Source: Candidatus Pacearchaeota archaeon
GTDB taxonomy: Archaea; Nanobdellota; Nanobdellia; Pacearchaeales; GW2011-AR1
Reading direction: 5' to 3'
NCBI GenBank assembly: GCA_009694755.1
Contig: SICU01000003.1
Coordinates: 1-41,876 of the forward strand
DNA length: 41,876 nt
Shown here: piece by piece, positions 38,115-41,876 of the stretch
Layout: each line of letters starts with the position of its first letter
How positions within the stretch are numbered: the stretch's first letter is position 1
Made by a program: the position numbers and the translations under genes
The notes under the pieces: model-generated
What the model saw: the letters and a program-made list of their open reading frames with translations, nothing else
What the model was told of the DNA's origin: nothing
The model's database searches: none

Positions 38115-38606
38115 TTAAGTTAATCTTTCTTCAATTAGAGTATCCAAATTATATGTAAATATTCCTTTGAATTTCTCATCAGGCCATCTTAATTTTTTAT
38201 ATCCATTTTTATAAGCTTCAGTTAGGTTAGCTTTTCCAATAAGACACATATACATATCTTGAACACAGCAATCACGAGATACGCCACACAAACTTGCTTG
38301 ACTAACTCCATCTAACAGCATTTGTTCCTTAGTTAATAGAAATTGAGGTTCAGCACACATATTTCCGGAAACATAAACTAAATTATCGTGTCCAGTCAAT
38401 TCGCGAATTTTTGGAAAAATCAAAGGAGAATCAGAACTATTGCTTTCACAACCAAGAAGATAGACTAAATCTCCTCTTGCTAAGTATGTTTTCATCTCTT
38501 CAGCAATAGAATTAAACACTATTTCAAAACGATTTGCAGATGTTTTTCCCATGTCGGAAACATCCAAATAACCTATCTCGGTATGAATAACTACTAATCC
38601 TTTCAT
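38115..38606 (-). CDS. Hypothetical protein, possibly divergent isochorismatase fold
   Basis: GLVVIH start and LCGVSRDCCVQD resemble cysteine hydrolase motifs. Confidence 0.45.
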   Translation of the reverse strand: MKGLVVIHTEIGYLDVSDMGKTSANRFEIVFNSIAEEMKTYLARGDLVYLLGCESNSSDSPLIFPKIRELTGHDNLVYVSGNMCAEPQFLLTKEQMLLDGVSQASLCGVSRDCCVQDMYMCLIGKANLTEAYKNGYKKLRWPDEKFKGIFTYNLDTLIEERLT

Positions 38607-38676
38607 ATAAAAATTGATAAATAACGCTTTTTAAAGGTTTACAAAAACATAAAAACAACCTCTTCGTAAAATATTA

Positions 38677-38793
38677 ATGATAGAACTCTGGATAATAATT
38701 CTTTCAATTTTAGGTTTAGCAATAACAAGTTACATAGTAATATCGCACGCAAGAAAAAAATTGACTGGGGAAAATAAAAATTCACCGAAGTAG
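38677..38793 (+). pseudogene. Truncated VKOR 5' fragment
   Basis: MIELWIIILSILGLAITSYI is 13/20 identical to the N-terminus of 39535..39924; stops after 38 aa, before any catalytic Cys. Confidence 0.65.
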
Positions 38794-38802
38794 ATTGAAT
38801 TT

Positions 38803-39450
38803 TTAATATTTTTTTCTTTCTCTAAGAATTTCCAAATCGTGAATATAATGTAATCCTGAAATAGCACCAGCAACACCAATAATTAACGACAAAGGCAACG
38901 AAACATAAAACCAAATAGGATAAAATATACTCAACATTAAAGAAGGTAACGCAAATCCTTGAACAAATGTTGTAACTTTTGCAATATATCTTGTTGGAGG
39001 AAATACAGAACCGCTAAACAATCCAGCCAAAGCAAAAGGAGCAGAAATTATTTCACGAGTCATAATCAATAAAATTTGAAGTCCATGTATTGCTTCTAAT
39101 CTACCTTTAATTCCAAAAACAAAAACCAAAGTCACAGAAGTTCCAATCCACAAAAATCTATCTGCAAACATATCAGCTTTACGTCCAAAATCATTAGTTA
39201 ATTTAAACTTACGAGCAAAATATCCATCAAGCCAATCTGTAATTGCCGCAAAAGCAAAAACAGAAACGATTAAAATTATTCGACTATCTACGACAATCAT
39301 ATAAGAAATAACGAAAGTCAAGATAATTCTCGAAACGTTCAAAAAAGTAGGAAGATTTAGCATATCTTTCGGCAAATTAACATCGCCCTTAAGTTTCTTA
39401 GTTATTTCTCTAACTCTTTTTATTTTAAGATTATTTTTTGCAGTTTTCAT
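38803..39450 (-). CDS. CDP-alcohol phosphatidyltransferase (PgsA-like)
   Basis: TDWLDGYFARK....DFG...DMFADR signature. Confidence 0.9.
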   Translation of the reverse strand: MKTAKNNLKIKRVREITKKLKGDVNLPKDMLNLPTFLNVSRIILTFVISYMIVVDSRIILIVSVFAFAAITDWLDGYFARKFKLTNDFGRKADMFADRFLWIGTSVTLVFVFGIKGRLEAIHGLQILLIMTREIISAPFALAGLFSGSVFPPTRYIAKVTTFVQGFALPSLMLSIFYPIWFYVSLPLSLIIGVAGAISGLHYIHDLEILRERKKY

Positions 39451-39534
39451 AAAAAATAAATGTGAAACTACTTTAAATCTTTTACTATTTCTAAAGAAGT
39501 AAAGATATAAAAAGAAAATATCGTTTCAACAGCT

Positions 39535-39924
39535 ATGAATGAATTATGGTTAATTTTGCTATCAGTATTTGGATTATTAATTTCCAGTTATATCGCTCTC
39601 ACTCGTTTAAAAAATAAAAGAGTTGTGTGTCCGATAAATTCAATAAGTTGCAATAATGTTTTAGAAAGTAAATGGTCATCAACTCTTGGAATCAAAAATG
39701 ACATTTTAGGATGGATATATTATATTTCTATAATTATCGGAATAATTTTGGTAAATCAGGGATATTTTGCCATTGAAAAAATTATAATTGGAGCATCCGT
39801 AATTTCAGCGTTTTATTCTTTATTTTTAATTTTAATTCAAATAAGTATCATAAAAGAATTTTGTTTTTATTGCATTTTAACATCTATAACTAACATCGGA
39901 ATATTCGCATTATTGATACAATAA
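39535..39924 (+). CDS. Vitamin K epoxide reductase family protein
   Basis: CPINSISCNNVLESKWS and FCFYC, four TM segments. Confidence 0.92.
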   Translation: MNELWLILLSVFGLLISSYIALTRLKNKRVVCPINSISCNNVLESKWSSTLGIKNDILGWIYYISIIIGIILVNQGYFAIEKIIIGASVISAFYSLFLILIQISIIKEFCFYCILTSITNIGIFALLIQ

Positions 39925-39959
39925 GTAAGACTTAAAAACCCCTTTTCTAACATACAAGA

Positions 39960-40397
39960 ATGTCACTTAAAGTAAACCTCTCTGAAAAGGGAAAATCTTG
40001 GAAAGTTGAATCAAATAGTGAAACAATCATTGGAAAAAAGATAGGCGACACATTTGAAGGGTTAGAAGTTTCAGAAAATCTTTCAGGATACACTCTAAAA
40101 ATCACAGGAGCAACAGATAGTTCAGGATTTCCTCACAAAGAAGGAATACAAGGTCCAGAAATGAAAAGAATAATTTTAACTTATGGTTGGGGAATGCACA
40201 AACGCCCAAGAAAAGCGGGAAAAAAAGCAAGACAAAATATTGACGGATTAAGGTTAAGAAAAACAGTAAGAGGACAACAAATTTCTGAAAAAACAGCTCA
40301 GTTAAATTGTATAATTGTAAAGCACGGCGATAAAACTTTAACAGAAATTTTCCCAGAACAAAACAAACCAAAAGAACAAGCAGTCCCTGCACAATAA
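39960..40397 (+). CDS. rps6e: 30S ribosomal protein S6e
   Basis: IGKKIGD, LKITGATDSSGFP, GLRLRKTVRG, QLN. Confidence 0.93.
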   Translation: MSLKVNLSEKGKSWKVESNSETIIGKKIGDTFEGLEVSENLSGYTLKITGATDSSGFPHKEGIQGPEMKRIILTYGWGMHKRPRKAGKKARQNIDGLRLRKTVRGQQISEKTAQLNCIIVKHGDKTLTEIFPEQNKPKEQAVPAQ

Positions 40398-40454
40398 ATT
40401 ACTCTATAATCTACATTAGAAAAATCCTTTTAAACCCTCATTCCAAATAACTTT

Positions 40455-41630
40455 ATGCAAGAACTTGAAACATTGAACGTAATAATTGCTGGACATATTG
40501 ACCACGGAAAAACCACGTTATTATACAAATTAAGCCGTAAATGGACAGACACACATTCTGAAGAATTGAAAAGAGGAATTACTATAAAACTTGGTTACGC
40601 AGACATAGTTGTTTCAAAAGGCGAAGAATACAATATTAATAATAAAGGAACTCCTCAAAGATATATTTCATTTATAGACTCTCCGGGACACGAAATGCTG
40701 ATGGCTACAATGCTTTCTGGAGCCGCAATCGTTGACGCCGCAATTCTCGTCGTAGCCGCAAACGAAGGAATCAAACCGCAAACAAGAGAACATTTAATGG
40801 CGTTACAAGTAAAAAATTTAAAAAATATAATTATAATCCAAAATAAAATAGATTTAGTTACAAAAGAACAAGCTCTCGCAAATTACAATATGATTAGAAA
40901 AGATTTCAAAGGAACAATCGCCGAAAACGCCCCAGTGATTCCGGTTTCAGCGCAACAAGAAATAAACATTGAAAAAATATACGAAGCTCTATGCGAAATT
41001 CCAATTCCTAAAAGGGATAAATCAGACATTCCAATATTTTTAATTGCAAGGAGTTTCGACATAAACAAACCTGGAACTAAACCAAAAAATCTACACGGAA
41101 CAGTTTTAGGAGGAACATTAAAAACAGGTTCATTGAAAGTAGGAGACAGCATAGAAATAAAACCAGGTTTAATGATAAAGGAAGCAAATCAATTAAAATA
41201 TAAAACAATTTACACGAAAATTGCTTCTATTTTCAAAGGACAACATAAATTAGACGAGTTAACGCCTGGAGGAAGCGCATCGATAGAAACAGAATTAGAC
41301 ATGAGCATGGGAAAAACAGATGCATTTTCAGGATGTCTAACTTCAATAACTGGAAAACTTCCAGAGATGACTACAAAACTCAAAATTTCATACGAACTAT
41401 TTAAAGAATTTGAAGGAATGCCTCAAATAACTCCGTTAAAACCAAGCGAAACAATTATGATTTCAATAAACACTTCTGTAACTGTCGGAATGATAAATAA
41501 ACTAAATTCTAAAGAAGCGGAAATAACTCTAAAAATTCCAGTAATTCCATTCAAAAATAATAAAATCGGACTTGCAAGAAATGTAAATAATCACTGGCGA
41601 CTTATCGGACAAGGTGAAATCCTAGAATGA
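40455..41630 (+). CDS. eif2g: Translation initiation factor aIF2 gamma subunit
   Basis: GHIDHGKTT, HSEELKRGITIKLGY, DSPGHE, QNKID, RSFDINKPG, WRLIG. Confidence 0.96.
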   Translation: MQELETLNVIIAGHIDHGKTTLLYKLSRKWTDTHSEELKRGITIKLGYADIVVSKGEEYNINNKGTPQRYISFIDSPGHEMLMATMLSGAAIVDAAILVVAANEGIKPQTREHLMALQVKNLKNIIIIQNKIDLVTKEQALANYNMIRKDFKGTIAENAPVIPVSAQQEINIEKIYEALCEIPIPKRDKSDIPIFLIARSFDINKPGTKPKNLHGTVLGGTLKTGSLKVGDSIEIKPGLMIKEANQLKYKTIYTKIASIFKGQHKLDELTPGGSASIETELDMSMGKTDAFSGCLTSITGKLPEMTTKLKISYELFKEFEGMPQITPLKPSETIMISINTSVTVGMINKLNSKEAEITLKIPVIPFKNNKIGLARNVNNHWRLIGQGEILE

Positions 41631-41876
41631 GTTTAAATGGAAAATTAGAAGAAAATATCTATGTTCGTTTAGCAACACAAATAAAAAAAAGAAACCTCAA
41701 AGAATTGTCTCTTGAAGAAAAAGAAAGAATTTGGGAAACAACTTATGATATTTTAAGAACAAGAAATTTACCTCCTTCAGACCTTATGACTCTCACAACA
41801 AATTCAAATTTTTTAAGAGACGTAGGATATGATGAGCAATTTTGGAATATTATGGGCGTCAAATTTGCTGATGCAG
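41627..41876 (+). CDS. Hypothetical protein, runs off window edge
   Basis: ATGA overlap with aIF2-gamma; frame open to the end (MSLNGKLEENIYVRLATQ...). Confidence 0.6.
   Translation, partial: MSLNGKLEENIYVRLATQIKKRNLKELSLEEKERIWETTYDILRTRNLPPSDLMTLTTNSNFLRDVGYDEQFWNIMGVKFADA

Noticed and set aside
15567-41152. Other short nested ORFs in the track (for example 15567..15890, 25065..25382, 36499..36813, 40883..41152)
   Set aside because: Shadows inside well-supported genes with no independent signals.
1-41876. CRISPR array, rRNA or transposase
   Set aside because: No regularly spaced repeat-spacer units, rRNA-like tract or transposase motifs seen by eye.

Overview
AT-rich archaeal chromosome segment. 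Archaeal assignment rests on aIF5B, rpS6e, aIF2-gamma, archaeal-style tRNAs and TATA boxes about 22-26 nt before start codons. Gene content and compact style suggest a DPANN lineage such as Pacearchaeota or Woesearchaeota (inference). It holds a metal/thiol-redox cluster (1-4731), an RHH-MazF toxin-antitoxin pair, housekeeping genes (tatD, serS, cysS, dus, DEAD-box helicase, mscS, infB, rps6e, aIF2-gamma), three tRNAs (Ala-GGC, Ser-CGA, Leu-AAG) and several pseudogenes. Best candidates for novelty: (1) a translationally coupled operon of five divergent secreted paralogues sharing a cysteine scaffold ending C-x9-C-x-C, plus a lipoprotein; (2) a shared structured trailer after tRNA-Ala and tRNA-Leu (antisense T-arm, two hairpins, then a duplicate tRNA 3' end starting at the same T-loop base); (3) an A34 tRNA-Leu; (4) two paralogous SNF2-helicase/partner modules; (5) a short topoisomerase IB-like gene; (6) a dispersed double-hairpin repeat; (7) single genes flanked by a duplicated 5' end of their neighbour. 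All calls are by eye; no searches were run.
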